From: Eutreptiella sp. 'Long Island Sound 2002'
Taxonomy: Eukaryota; Protista; Euglenida
Direction of reading: 5' to 3'
DNA length: 64,000 nucleotides
Assembly: GCA_964036045.1 (NCBI GenBank)
Contig: OZ038378.1
Coordinates: 188,914,001 to 188,978,000 of the forward strand
Within the stretch, counting starts at the first letter, position 1, and every line of letters begins with the position of its first letter. Positions 50,981 through 62,682 of this stretch are shown here, one piece after another. The notes beneath the pieces are model-generated. The model saw nothing but the letters and a program-made list of their open reading frames with translations. It did not search any database and was not told the DNA's origin. The translations under genes were made by a program, and so were the position numbers.

Positions 50981-53900
50981 CGCGCAAAATGGGGAAAAAT
51001 CAGAACTCCGTCGTGGTGCTTTGGATTCGGTTGAAATTTTGGTGCATGATACCTATGGGTGTGAAGTACAATCACACAAAGTTTGGGCGAGAAACTCAAC
51101 GGTGGCGGCTGGGAAAGGGCGTCGCAAGTGGCGGTCCTCAGTTTCAAAAGCTGCAGTTTAGGGCCAAAAACAGCCATTTTTGGGCCAAAAAAGCCCTAGA
51201 ACACATTCAAAACGACCAAACGAAGGGAAACGGTGGGTACACTTCATGTGCGGCTTGACTTCCCCGTGTCAACGAGCTCTTTGCGGCCCTCTAACTCCAT
51301 GGTATGTCCCGGAAACGGCCCAAAAAGGCCCCCAGAAGCTCCAAATGCCGACAGCCACAAACCAAGAATAGGCCATATCTTTGGCTACATGGCTCAAAAT
51401 GCGATTCCGAGGGCACCTACTCCACCCGCAACCCCCCACTTTTTGTGGTTTCCACCCCTCAAAATTGTCCATACGGACGCCTAGACCCCAATACCTAGGC
51501 CCATTAGGCTGCGGCAAGCGGCAAGCTCAAGCCCAAACAGGTGGGTGCCCAAATGGGTCAACAGGGTCCAGTAGGGGCAAAAAGATGACTTTTCTCAAAA
51601 ATGATCCTAGACCATGTGCGACGCTAAAACAAGTGTTTTTGGACCATTTTGAGCTTGTGGTGGCCCATTTTGGTCCTTTGAAAATCCCAAAATGCCTTGA
51701 AAATGGGCTGTTTTGGGACCAAAAATGGGTCAAAAATGGGTCAAAAACGCATTTTTTCAAACCTCATCGTAGACCATTTGGGGTGCACCAACGGGTGAAA
51801 TGAGCCCATTTTGGGGCATTTTGGCCCCTCAGAAGTCCAAAAAGCCTTGAAAGTGGGCCTCGTGGTGATGGGGTTCACTTGCGAGCTGATTTCACTTTGT
51901 CAAGAGCCATCAATGTGTGAATCATTCTTGATGCCCCTCACCAGTCATAGCTGATGTTCCCTCCCCCACCAGCTCGGTCCCAATATTCAGTCTTGATTAG
52001 GGTTAGGTGTAGGGTCAGGAGCAGGCTGAGGGTTGGGATGGCGTTAGAGTCAAGGTTGGGTTCAAGGATAGTGTTGGGGTGCTCCACCGCTTGGGCGGGG
52101 AGGGGTGCTACGTGGGCAAGGGAAAAAATTTTCGGGTGCCACCCTATGTATGGCCGGCAGCTATTGACCCTTGGTAACTAAGTGGGCCCGGAGGGCAAGG
52201 ATGGGGGGGGGGGGGGTCGCGTACCCGAACTGAGGAGACGGCCCACCCGTGGTGGAGAGGGCAAATTGAGGGCAGGAGCCAGTGAAGGAGAGAGCAAGGT
52301 GGGGGCGGCGAGAAAGCGAGTCACCAACGTTTGGGATACTCCAATGCTCCAGGTAGAAGTCCTAAATTCATGTCTCCTTTTGTGTTTTTGAGCTCTGGAT
52401 CCATTGCAACTCCGGGCGGGGGGGGGGGGGCTCCAACCCCCCCCCCCCCTTGTTAGGCTGTCGGGGCCGAGCCCACCAACGTGACCCTGCACGCACATTC
52501 CAAGCATCATACCTCAAATGCACACAGCCCCCTAGTTGGCGAAGGGTGTTGCACCCACTGGTTCAAATTACCTACCCCCCCCCCCAGTTGGGGTATGGTG
52601 CTGCCCCTTTCCAATGCACCCTGACCAGAATGTTCTTGCGCCCTTCCTAATGGCTGTGGGAGGCTCTCGGTCACTTGTTGCTACCGGGGGGGGGGGGGGG
52701 TTCTTACGTGTGAAATTTGGAATGGTGAAATTTGGTGCAGATAAAATTTGGCACCGATTCTAAATACCACAGAAAATTTGGTACGAATTTCCCAAATTGT
52801 CACACAACAATGTGAATGGTGGTTGTCATTTCCTATGGGCCTTTGGTTAGTTGCAGTCATTTGCGAGAGGCTTGGGGATGCCCGTTTGCTCCTATGGACA
52901 TATTGCAGCAGCTCCAACTAGCCTGCTAAAGGGTCCCTGTAGAGTACCACGCCTTTGCCCTCAGCCTACCCTTGCGGGAACACATCATTATGGGAAATCT
53001 TACAGCTTGGCCCTTCAAGCCCGTATCCTACCTCCGCCCCCCCCCACCCCCCCGATTTGGATAGGCTGGGTGGGCCCTTCCCCCCGGGCTTGCAATTTTC
53101 CGGCAGCCTTGCAAGAATAACAAAGTCTTCAATTGCACCTTCTTCACTTTGGCTGCACATCTCTCGTGGACATTCATTGTGCGCCAACTCGGTGGGTTTT
53201 GGCATTTTTCTCGGAGTTTTTGGTCCTTCCGTCCAATGCGCCAAAATATCGTTCCCTTGGGGGGAGAGTATTGGGAAAACTTTTTGAAATCTGTGAGAAA
53301 GGGCCGTTTTAGAAATGTATGGGTTAGGGGGGGCAGGGCTTTAGAAAAATTCATTTGCGGGGGGCGGGGGGCACTCAAGCCCCTTTTCCCAACCACCCCC
53401 CCCCCCAACCCCAAAAGGGGCTCCCGTGACTGAGCCTATTTCCCAGGGTGGGTGCAGAAGCCCCAAAAAAGACCCTTGTCCAGGCCAACACGTTTAACAG
53501 GGTGGTGTGATGCACATTCATGACGAACAGTGTTTTGTAGTCCATGCACAACACTTAACACTGGTGCCAATCGTGGTGGTATTTTTGTTGCAAAGCACAT
53601 GGCCCCTAGTCCTTTCTAGCCACAGTTTTTAAGCGCCCCACCCTGGCCTCCCATTGGCACCAGTTCTTTTCTTATGGTATTACCCTGACATCTCAGACTC
53701 ACTGCTGGAGTCTGAATCTACTACAGTGGGTCCCCCCAATAAAGGAGGGACCTCAAATAGAGGGGCACTCACAAATGAAAAGGGTTGATTGCATCTTCAT
53801 TTTCCAAACCACAACTGGTTGGAAGGGAGAGCCGGGGGGGGGGGTGCATTCTCTGAAAGCGAAGCAAAGGGCAGAATGCCAGCAGCAGCATCTGTGGTAA

Positions 53901-56900
53901 CTGCTCAAATTGCCAAACCTCTCAACCGCATACATAAACGCCCTTGACACCTTGCTCTCGCTCCCCTCCCCTTCCAATCCCCTCGACCTGGAGGTGCAAG
54001 GCTATGAGCCACCAGTGGCCAGTAAAATATTTTCTGCACACCCTTGGGCACCTGTAAAATGGTCCTCAGCAACCCTCTGCAATCCTTCTCAATCGTCGAC
54101 ACTATCTTTTGACGGCCCTCCGTGCATGCATACACCCTACATACTACCTGAGGATGTTGTTGCAGTCCATAACGCTGCCACATGCAGGTTTGGGCGGTTA
54201 GTTGATCATGCATGTTTTGACTGTACTTTCAACATATTTTGTCCCATGATATGGTTTTCAAACTCCCTTAAAATATCTCTCGGGGACGTTGGGGATTGCA
54301 CCAGATGGGTGGGTTTTCGGTGGTCGTCGTCATTGTTGTGTTATTTGTGCCCACTGAGTGTCCCGTAGGGGGGGTATGTGGGGTATATTCGGAAAGCCCT
54401 TGAAAAGGGCTATTTGGACTACCCTTGGTCTGCAAGCTGTACTGACGACATGTTCGAGATTTTCGTCCGTTTCGGACAGGGCCTGTCTTCCTTGCGTCGT
54501 CAAGTTTCCAGCCGTTTGCTCAAAAATATGGTCACCTGAGCAGGTGAAAAATTCATTTGCGAGGGGGGGTGGGTCACTCGAGCCCCCTAAAATAGTGGGG
54601 GGGGGGGGGGCTGGTGGGGAAAAGGGGCTCCGGTGACTACGCAGTACTAAGGAGGGGAACGTTGGTTGTAGGGTTACCCTTAACTATCCCTGCATCTTAC
54701 CCCATTTGTTGCGGAAAGGGAGGGAGTGGCTGGGCCGCTGGCTTGGCCCAGGGAAAGCTGGTGACGGGGGTTCAACCCCTGCTTCCGACGCCACAACTGC
54801 AAGGCCAAAAGGATGCTGCTGCTGGTCGCGCTAGGAGTGACGGCCATCTTAATGGTACTAATGATAGTGATGATATGATTACTGTCATGGTGCTAGTAAC
54901 ACTGAGGCCAGCTGCCTTCTGCCAGATACTGATGGTGGATATAAACAAAGCATCATGACTCTGCACACTTCTTGCAGGCCGAGTCAGGCAAACCGCAAGA
55001 CTGTTTTCTGTTGTGCAGTTTGCCTTTGGGGTGTTCCCTCTGGGGACTGCATGTTCCCCGGGGGGGTTTATTGAGGGTTGTTGAGGGACGCTGGGGCCAC
55101 AATACCCGTTCAGCTGTTGTGGATGGGCGTCATCGGAGGAGCATGAGGCTGGTTGGCAAAGTGTCAAAGGTTGTTGAGAGCCCTAGAGGATTGTTGCAGA
55201 TTGCTAGGATTTGTGGAGGGTTGTGGAGGACGACAGAGGGTTGCTTGTGTGTAATGCTGTAATCTCGTGACTTGTGAACCTTGACGGCCCCAATCGGCAT
55301 ATGGGAGGGTTATGAGTCTTGCAACAACATCCTCATGTGTGTGGCATGGAGGTTCCAATTTAAGCGATGACCATGATTGTCTCTAATCAGCATGCGTTCT
55401 TCATCCCCTCCCGTCTGCAAAAATCCGAGGACCTGGACCTGGTGTTGCGCTCACCGCACAGCTGACCTCAAATGAGGCTTGGGGGAGTGTGAGGCACACC
55501 TCACGATGCAGGGGTCGTAAGTCATGGGGCTTCATAGGCTCGGGAGGCTTGGGCCTGTGCCCAGTTGTATGAGGCTTACTCTGGTAGCACGCAATGAGTG
55601 GAATCGCCTGCAACAGTAATGCAGAAGCATGGGGGTGGAAGGCAATGCACGTTGTGTGTGTGTGTGTGTGTGTGTGATGCCCAATATCATTGAAACGCAT
55701 CATAGCATTCGCTCTTCTACATCACCTTTCTACAGCTCCGTTCACACTGCAGCAAGGTTTGGATGGTTGAGCCCCATTTGCCTGTTCCCTCTCAACACGC
55801 CAAAAGCCATTCAACACGCCAAAAGTCATGCATTATGCATACTCCATGTTGGCTATACTGCACCCTGCAGCCCCGAGTGCCTGTGCCCATGCCCCAAGCC
55901 ATGTGCAAGTGCCCCTTATTGAGTGGGTTTGCAACTGCACATGGAGTGACCTACGCCATGCTTCCATCTCAGTGGTTCCTGGGGGTTGGAAACCTGCAGG
56001 ACTCCTGACAATATGAGCGTTCTTTTTGCCTTTATCCTTTTCACCAGGCACCTGGGCGGAGTTCCGATCATCACCCCCCTTCCTTGGGACTTAAGATGCC
56101 TAATGCGATGGTCTGGTCTGACTGCACTCTAGACACCCACGTTAAAAATAATATTGTTATCATTTGACATTTCATGTGTTCATGCAATTGGCATTGACGC
56201 CCCAAAAATTGATACACTAAAACATTTTTTGGCAATTTACCATGTCAAGAGCACAAAACCAAGGTAAGACCACGTGGTTGAATGTCATAATTATCCTAGG
56301 GAAGGGTTCAGACACCTTGTGGAAGAGCGGACAAAGTGTACCAAGGACCTAGGGTTCAACCACCTACACCGGTGCCGCTTTTTTAAACCCCCATTTCCCT
56401 TGTGCAGCCCCCTTTTTATTTTGTCATGGAATAGTCTTGTGATACCATGTTGGAGCTTAGTGTAGCCCTGCTACAGTTGGGGATCCCCCAGCTAGTGGCC
56501 ATGGTTGGTCCATGCACTGCTGCGCCAACTACATCCGGTCGCGGCCAACAGTTGCGGACACCATGGAGTTCCAGCCACTGACCTTTGTTTTGCGTGGGGC
56601 AGGGGTCAATTGGACCCAATTATCCATCAGGTTATTCAACCATGGGGAGAGGGGTTGCACACTCACCAACCTGTTTTGGGGATGGTCATGGTCAGGGACA
56701 AGGGGATGAACAAGACCAAACACAAGCAAAAAGACCTGCACAACACAAGAGCACCACGGCCTAGGTCAAGAATCCTACACGGCAAACAACACTGCTTATC
56801 CACACAAGGCTGGTCCCTCTGCAAGATCTGTCCACCAAATTTGCAAATGCAGCCCCGTTTTTTGTGATGAATGCAATATTAACATTTATACTTACCTTCA

Positions 56901-59325
56901 AAATTTGATGCAAATATTTACACGCCTCTTTTGTTGCAGATTTTGCAGTCAATTCACACTTGCAACAAATTCAACTATGGTGGCAAGGGGAAGCCCTTGT
57001 AAGATTGTTGGCAGTGACCAATCCTTTGTTCACAAGCTCACTGGTGTGAGTATTTCCCCGTTGGTCGGGAGCTTGTACAATGAAGGGTGTGGGACACTGC
57101 AGAGTGAAGCTGCTACTAGGGAGCCACATGTGGCATGAAATTGCCTCCCTAACATGTTGGTATTGGGGGGAGGTGTGGGGGAGATAAAAGGATGCAAGGG
57201 CGGAGGTAGGAGGGGGCTTTGTGGAGGCAAAATATTGGGGGTTAGGTAGGTAGGTAGGTAGGGTGGGGGGTGGAGGGGGCTATGGGTGTGCTGAGGGCAT
57301 GTTGTACTGCAAGCACCACCCACATCTAGACACCTCCTGCCTATTCAAGAAGCCTAGAAACGCTGAACTGTAGAAACAAGAACGAAACATACAAATTGGA
57401 GACTCGCATTTGTTTGCCCTTTGTAGCAAGGCCTGCTTGACGCGCCCAGGGGCATTGGGAAGAGGACCTCAACATTTCTTCGAGTGCAACACACCTTGGT
57501 AGACTATTTGAGGGACCAACTCCCAAGAACCCATGAAGACCTACCTCTTTGCAGTGACCATGAACCGGGCTTCTCCACCAGTTTACATTCAAAACAACCA
57601 GTACTTTTTGCAACATGTGTCACAGTGGCTCACCTTTGCACCTCTGGCGAGCCAACTGTCCTCTGGCTTGTCCATCACCACCATCACAGGGCTCTTGCCC
57701 TAACGCTAGCAGACCTGCCTCTGCCTTGATTGAGGTGGCCGCTTCCGTTCTTGCCCCCGAAGGAAGCCTGGTCTATTGCATGTGTGCACAGGAGGCAATC
57801 AGCAAAAAGCACGAAGAAGATGGAGTTCTCAGTGGCCTAAAAGACCACAGGTACCTTTCTGTCACAAAATAGTGCAACACCAAGATGACCCGTGGGTGGG
57901 ATACCAACAAGGAAGCAACAGTCCCGCAGCGATAAGTACAGTGAACACCAGCTGCCGTATGATACTTTTGAGTTCTGCACATGCACATGAAACATCACAC
58001 GGAAGCAAATCATGAGACCCCCTCCACCCGGGCCATAGGCTGCACATCAGCATGTAGAAGCAGACTGGATGGGACGGGTCATACAGGAACGTTGTAGAGC
58101 AGATTGCAGGCCCCCTGCCCCCTTTGCTCTGGTGGCCAGACGTTGGTGGAGCGTAGGGAAACGGCGTCACTTGGTCTGCATCCTCCTGTGATCACTGTTG
58201 AACCTTTCTCGACCCCCAACGCAACAAGCCTGCACACGTGCTTTTGCTGAAGCAGGTGACGGAACAATGCTGCACAACCCTAAAAACCGCGACCCCCTTC
58301 TCTGCAACACCAATCAAAATGCCCTTGCCCCCATGCCTCAAAATCAATGGAACGTCACGTATGGCCCTTACATCACTTCCGCCCCCCTGTTCCCCCGTGT
58401 TGTCCCCGTCCCTTTACAAGCTCGGGACCCGCTCTGTGGGGGCAGGGTTGCGGAGGAGGCTGGTCCTGCGGGGGGTGAAGGGCAGGGCTGGGTGGTGGGC
58501 AGGGGGACGCCCCGGTGCAAGTGAGAAAAATAGGGTCAGAGCAGAGGTGCAACTGGCGGTATTGTAGAGCAGCTGCCGTCGTCGCCTGCACCTGCGCTTT
58601 CTCCTTCCGAACGGCCTTAAGCTGTTTCTCCACTTCCATGATGCGCTCATGGCTTTGCTGCAGGACCTCCGGGATCTCTTTCTTCCGCTGCTTCCGAGGC
58701 TCCAGAGGAGCCCCCTCGTACATGGGCCGCACCACCAAAACCCCATGCTAAAGGCAAATGAGGCGGTACGAGGAGAGGAATAACAGATGTGAACAAGAGC
58801 CCGATGCATAGACTTGTGCTGATGTTTCGAAGTTTCCCATGATTTCCCAGTGGCGCAGGTTGGGGTTCCATAAGAGGGGCAGGGTGTGTGTGTTGGGCGG
58901 GGGGGGGGGGGGCGCTGCGTAGATTGCTCCCCAAGGCTTTGTTACACAATGTCAGCCTTCAGGGGTCCCATCCATACTGTCTGTCTGCAGGCCGGACTCG
59001 TCTAACTTGAATTGAAAATGGTGCCGGCTATTGTGCCGGGTACACGTACCAGCTTCCCATTATGCCCTTGTGGATCAGCCCCCCTTTGGGGAAGAGGGGA
59101 TAAGCACGGGCGGCAGCGGAAAAATTGACTGCATGGGTCCCCCTTCCCTCTTTCCTCCCATTCTCCTCTGACTGAAGGATGGCTGACAGCCACGCATTGA
59201 GGAGCAGGGGCCTCCCTGACCTTGAGTGAGCCCGCACAGTAGTGTGCCTCAGAGTGAACCTGTTCCCAAAGCTCCTGGTGGACGGCTTTGTTGCAGAATG
59301 TCAGTCTTCCGGAGGTTACAGCCAC
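27600..59325 (-). CDS. Large multi-exon host gene, putative DH(RhoGEF)-PH ... PH ... PDZ-like signalling scaffold; ends and some exons uncertain
   Basis: Hand-identified exons with AG/GT ends (intron phase in brackets): ?-59221(0), 58747-58592(0-0), 58246-58204(0-1), 57974-57949(1-0), 57836-57768 (GC donor?), 57699-57634, 54147-54052(0-0), 46705-46598(0-0), 41195-41085(0-0), 40737-?, 40513-40475(2-2), 36381-36337(2-2), 34425-34344(2-0), 32511-32411(0-2), 31592 or 31706-31382(2-0), 30480-30425(0-2), 28857-28804(0-0). Motifs: ERIMEVEKQLKAVRKEKAQ (DH last helix-like), IFFVLFADCLLCT (PH), RLAAESPQQYEE (PH end), GRFGLDW and LVGDRMILS (PDZ-like). Confidence 0.6.
28804..31592 (-). CDS. Exons of the large gene including a PDZ-like segment (31592-31382, 30480-30425, 28857-28804; intervening exons uncertain)
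   Basis: GAG|GTAAGC, AG|GTATAT and AGT|GTGAGT donors. Texts: ...FESFGTE, DGRVCLSVQEDGRFGLDW, GAMVFVVLMLVGDRMILS. Confidence 0.5.
31800..32230 (-). mobile_element. Short 3'-region fragment of the same second LINE family
   Basis: WPWELPLLTDFLRWLGTIQWANKPGTVSF and LHPARM...NSMVPLG parallel the tail at 36800-37200. Bounded by (TG)n at about 31750-31800 and about 32255-32290. Confidence 0.75.
32411..36381 (-). CDS. Three exons of the large gene forming a second PH-like segment (36381-36337, 34425-34344, 32511-32411)
   Basis: Phases chain 2-2, 2-0, 0-2 with GTAAGC, GTAAAC and GTATGT donors. Spliced text: MYDMQTAAEDSRRVLYNVPARIESVFRHPGRTAFSLLCAQKRMNTVRLKD...RLAAESPQQYEEKRL. Confidence 0.65.
36450..39185 (-). 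mobile_element. 5'-truncated LINE of a second family, decayed at the 3' end, inside an intron of the large gene
   Basis: RT ORF 37459-39177 is followed by frameshifted tail fragments (WQWELPFLADLLRWL; LHPARIVTQCNSLVPLG). It abuts (TG)n at 39186-39290. Confidence 0.9.
37459..39177 (-). pseudogene. Non-LTR reverse transcriptase fragment with degenerate C-terminal zinc finger
   Basis: LIPKG, QRPLSVLSQIYRVW, YGFR, LDYIKCFD, GILQGCPLS, GYADD, CLFC...EEHIFWH. Confidence 0.9.
39186..39290. repeat. (TG)n/(CA)n microsatellite
   Basis: Long TG run directly visible; others occur at about 31750, 32260, 32775, 35740 and 55655. Confidence 0.95.
39400..39920. repeat. Degenerate short-period satellite (GGTATAGAGTGGCGG-like)
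   Basis: Repeated TATAGAG(T/A)GG(C/T)GG motifs over about 500 bp. Confidence 0.7.
41085..41195 (-). CDS. Exon of the large gene (coiled-coil-like)
   Basis: TGCAG|GTG...GTC CTG|GTATGT, 111 nt, VWETKRKNELDKMLGSVKARQMKRGEMEDSITRMSVL. Confidence 0.7.
43960..44270 (-). pseudogene. Decayed Tc1/pogo-like transposase N-terminal HTH region
   Basis: Frameshifted GAQVGVAH / VYGWLKYLKKNG...GRKRILSEAECAEVQDAVTKLR...PVT resembles HTH plus CENP-B-type DNA-binding domains. No intact DDE domain seen. Confidence 0.45.
46598..46705 (-). CDS. Exon of the large gene
   Basis: TTCAG|ATT...CTC CGG|GTCAGT, 108 nt, IETILKAVEPQ...RIYDLAILR. Confidence 0.65.
49724..51978. repeat. Tandem duplication of a roughly 1.1-kb unit (49724-50829, 50868-51978) with 13-bp inverted repeats and telomere-like spacers
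   Basis: Each unit starts ACCGAGCTGGTGG and ends CCACCAGCTCGGT and contains an (AAGC)n tract. The spacers contain TTAGGG/CTAGGG. Period about 1144 bp. Confidence 0.9.
54052..54147 (-). CDS. Exon of the large gene (end of first PH-like domain)
   Basis: CTCAG|GTA...TTA CAG|GTGCCC, 96 nt, VVCRVYACTEGRQKIVSTIEKDCRGLLRTILQ. Confidence 0.6.
58592..58747 (-). CDS. Exon of the large gene (DH C-terminal helix-like)
   Basis: TTTAG|CAT...GCG CAG|GTGCAG, 156 nt, HGVLVVRPMYEG...VRKEKAQ. Confidence 0.65.
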
Positions 59326-60879
59326 ACTGTTGGTCTGCCAGCTGGCTATGTCTCACTTGACTTGAAAGTGGTACAGCTACTTCTTATATGATTGTGGATT
59401 ACCCACTCATAAACTGCTCCCGAATCTCTATTGCGCTTCATGCTGTGCACATCACCAGGTAAGAGAATGTAAAATGGAGAAGTGAAAATGTCAAGTTGCC
59501 CCTTGGTTGCTTCCCTCCTGTTCATTGACAAAGGCTTGTGGGTTGAAGGGACTAGGATGGGAGCACCGTTTGGCACTAACTTCATGCGGATGTGATGGAA
59601 AGGTGCGTGGCTGTGTTCATAACCTTTGTTTACATGAATTTCCATAATGCCCCAAAGAGGGCCCAAAACATACATAGGTGATTTGATCAGTGTGAATGGT
59701 CACAATCTCAGAAAAAGCCGTTTTGGACTTGATTTTTGACTGTTGAGAGTGACAAACTGCTTATTGCCGGTGTAAACAGCGATTAAGCAGGCCCTAGAGA
59801 GGGCTAGAGACCCAAACTTGTGTCTCTTTGTATCCTACCATGAGTGTACTGCCCCAACATCCCCAATCCCACACCTCTACGGGGGATAGCACAGAATCCC
59901 TAAGGCCGCCAAAAAAGTTGTTGCAATTTGGACCCTACTTTCAGTCAAAACTGTAATTTTGTGTCATTCAAACGTGCCATGGCCAGCCCGACGCACGGCA
60001 TGCCCTTTGCACCCTACGATGGGTATACTGTCACAACATCCCCTCTAAGAGGAGCATCACTCTCGGGGGTCACCGAACCACCAAAAACGCTGTTCTGGCA
60101 AAGTTACTTTGTCAGGGATGGGGGGATGGGGGCTCCCCAGGGATGGGCGGTTGACCTGGAAACACGAAGTTTTCTGAATCTTCTGATATGGAGCCGAAAA
60201 AAATTCTCGGATCCGAATTCAATTTGGGTTTGGTTCGGTGGCCCCTGGGATGAGCACTGGAGCAATTTTTGCAGCCCCTGACGTATTCCCAAAATCGGGC
60301 CTACCAGCGAGGTTCTGGACCCAAACTTGGTAAACTTCAAAATGTGCCAATCCAGGAAAAAAGGTTGCACAACCCGGCCAACAAAACCGTGTGCCATACC
60401 CGAACCACTATACCCCCACAATGCCCCAGGTGATTTCTCACGGCCGGGTTGATTTAAAAACATCTGGCGATGTGATTTCAGAGGGGATTTGACAACAGCC
60501 CCCCCACCCCCCACATAAACCAGCCCAATGCGTCCACCAAGCAACCAACAGCTGCCATAATATGTGGCACAATCGAGGTTCCAAGCCTTTTTCAGACATT
60601 CATGGTATGCAGAGGGCGGGTGCTGCTGGGGCTTCGACGCAAGACTATGCATATCTGTTATGGTCAGAGGCCTGTGTGCATACAAACAGATAAAACCTTG
60701 GGAGGGGGCAGCAGCTTCGTGAAAGCCCGATAGCGGTTCCACAGCTTTTTGGGTAAACCAAAATATTCGTGCAGATTTGCCGGCGTCAAGGGGACCAGAG
60801 TTTCTTTAGAAAGCTCTGCGCGAGAAAGTGGAATGCAGCACCCATGGCACGAAGGGAGCCCTTTCCTGACCCAACATAG

Positions 60880-61015
60880 CACAACAGCACACAGCACAGC
60901 ACAGCACAGCACTGCACAACACAACACTACACTACACTACACCAACACAACGCAACGCAACACAGCACAACACAGCACAACACAGCACAACACAGCACAA
61001 CACAACACAACACGC
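60880..61015. repeat. (CACAG/CACAA)n pentanucleotide microsatellite
   Basis: Directly visible. Confidence 0.9.
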
Positions 61016-62259
61016 AGTGTACTAACAGTGTCGGGTGCGCGCACGCCGCAGTGCCAAGCACCATCCCCGGGGAGCCCGCGGCCCCTAGTACCGGCCGCCT
61101 CGGCCCTGGGAACGGTCAGCGATCCCTAGCGAGGATGGCTGACCCAGCCTCCCCCTCCTCTCCCCAGCGCGCCCCCCGTCCCCACAAAGCCACAGAGGGA
61201 ATGGGCAGCAACACGGAGGCCCCCCCGCCAGGCCGGGGGCCACACCACCAGGGGCGAGGAGATGAGCCTCCTTGCACCCGCCCGCCCCCGAAACCCTTCA
61301 ACAGGGCCGGCCGGCGGCCTGGAGGCTCCGCGGTTTTGGGGCTTCAGCAAAGCGGCGAGACAGGTGCGGGTATGGAGGGTGCGTGCGTGCGTGCGTGCGT
61401 TTGAGAGAAGTTTGCGAGAGTGGGGCCCCCAGGGAACGGCCTGCGCCAGGGCCGGCATTTTTCTATTTTGTTTTGTTGTTCCTGTTTTTCCTTTCAGTTT
61501 TTTGCGCAACTACCTGTAAAGGCGCAAGCCTCATGCAGGAGCCTTCAGGCCTGTTAGCGCCTTTCCTTTGGGTTTCTCCTTTTATTTGTTCATAGGCAGA
61601 GTGAGGAGAGCGGCACCATGGAGCCCCAGAGGCTTGTGGCCCGGCCGGGGATGGAGCCAGAGCCCACAGCTACGGCGCCACTGCGCCGCGGCAATGGTAC
61701 CCACCTCGCGCTGCCGTGAACCCCCCCCCCCACCAACAGAACTTGTGGGTGGTGCCCTATGCTGGGCGGAACCCTCCCATGCTTGTGGGTCGTGCCCTAT
61801 GCAGGGCGGAACCCTCCGGGAAAGGGGCGGGGGGCCCCCTCAACCCCCGCGGAATGGGCGGCGTGGCCCCGCTGGTTAGCAGATCGAGGCCACGCCGCCC
61901 TTGCGCGGCGCAGCAGTTGGTCAGACATGGATGTGAAGATTGGATTATACGGGTTTGATGAGTTATATTGATCTGTACCCCCCGTCCGGCTGGACACCCA
62001 AGGTCACGTACCACAACATCCTTGGAGTATGGGTAAGGTATAAGGCCCCGCGGCCACCACCCCGGCACCCACAGCAGGGAGGGCGTCCGGGAGGGGTAAC
62101 AGCCCCCGAACCCCCAAGGGCAGCCCCAATGGTGAGCGCACCACCGGAGGGGGCATGTCTGCGGGGTAAATGTGTACATTATGTAAATAACGCAAACTTC
62201 CTGCCAGTACTGCCTTAAATAATGCTTAAAGGGTTAAAGGGCCTCCCCCAAGCCCAATT

Positions 62260-62682
62260 AAGTGCGCCCCCCAGAGCCGGACTCAACCGGCCACGTTGAG
62301 GCGAGCCCAAAGTCTGGGTATGATAGGCCAGACGTAAGTGCTGGTAGTCACGCCTCTTCGCATCCCCGCGGGATTAAACTGCCCGAGGGGGCCCTAAGTA
62401 CCGTATTGTTCGGGAGTTAAGCCCCGGCGGGACTTAGGGTTCTGGTTAAGAGGACGCACGTTGAGTCCCTGCTACTGTTGACCCGGGGTTATGATCTCCG
62501 GTACTGCCTGCATACCTCGCCTGCTTGCTGCCTAGCATAGCCGGGTAGGGGCGAAGGGTAACCCCATCTTACAGCTAGCGGAGGCGAGGTGTTAGTACGG
62601 TCTTCGGACCGGAGGACCCAGCCCGGCGCTCTATGGATGGGGAAGCCCGACACCGAAGCGGGTGGGGCCGGCCGGGCACAAC
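62260..62682 (+). ncRNA. Candidate highly structured RNA/leader of unknown class (strand assumed from downstream ATG and tetraloops)
   Basis: Multiple complementary helices: 62279-87/62460-68 (9 bp), 62392-99/62432-39 (8 bp), 62514-22/62582-90 (9 bp) and 62621-27/62671-77 (7 bp), plus a C-UUCG-G hairpin at 62598-62611 and a GG-GUAA-CC hairpin at about 62556-62563. Confidence 0.4.

Noticed and set aside
49675-51803. Duplicated ORFs within the 1.14-kb tandem units
   Set aside because: No recognisable motifs, and frames differ between the two copies.
58120-58246. Aldehyde-dehydrogenase-like phrase (RLVALGVEKGSTVITGGCRP)
   Set aside because: A phase-1 donor after VEK joins better to the next exon, and no other ALDH motifs are nearby.
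62255-62305. Twister-like topology (TAA-GTG...GCCGG-loop-CCGGC-CAC with loop pairing to TTGAG) and a CTCAACCGGCCAC stretch recalling the trypanosome L1Tc/ingi HDV-like leader
   Set aside because: The twister L4 U...AAGC, the G-A after P2 and a P1 helix are missing. No HDV-type P3/L3/P1.1 arrangement could be built either.
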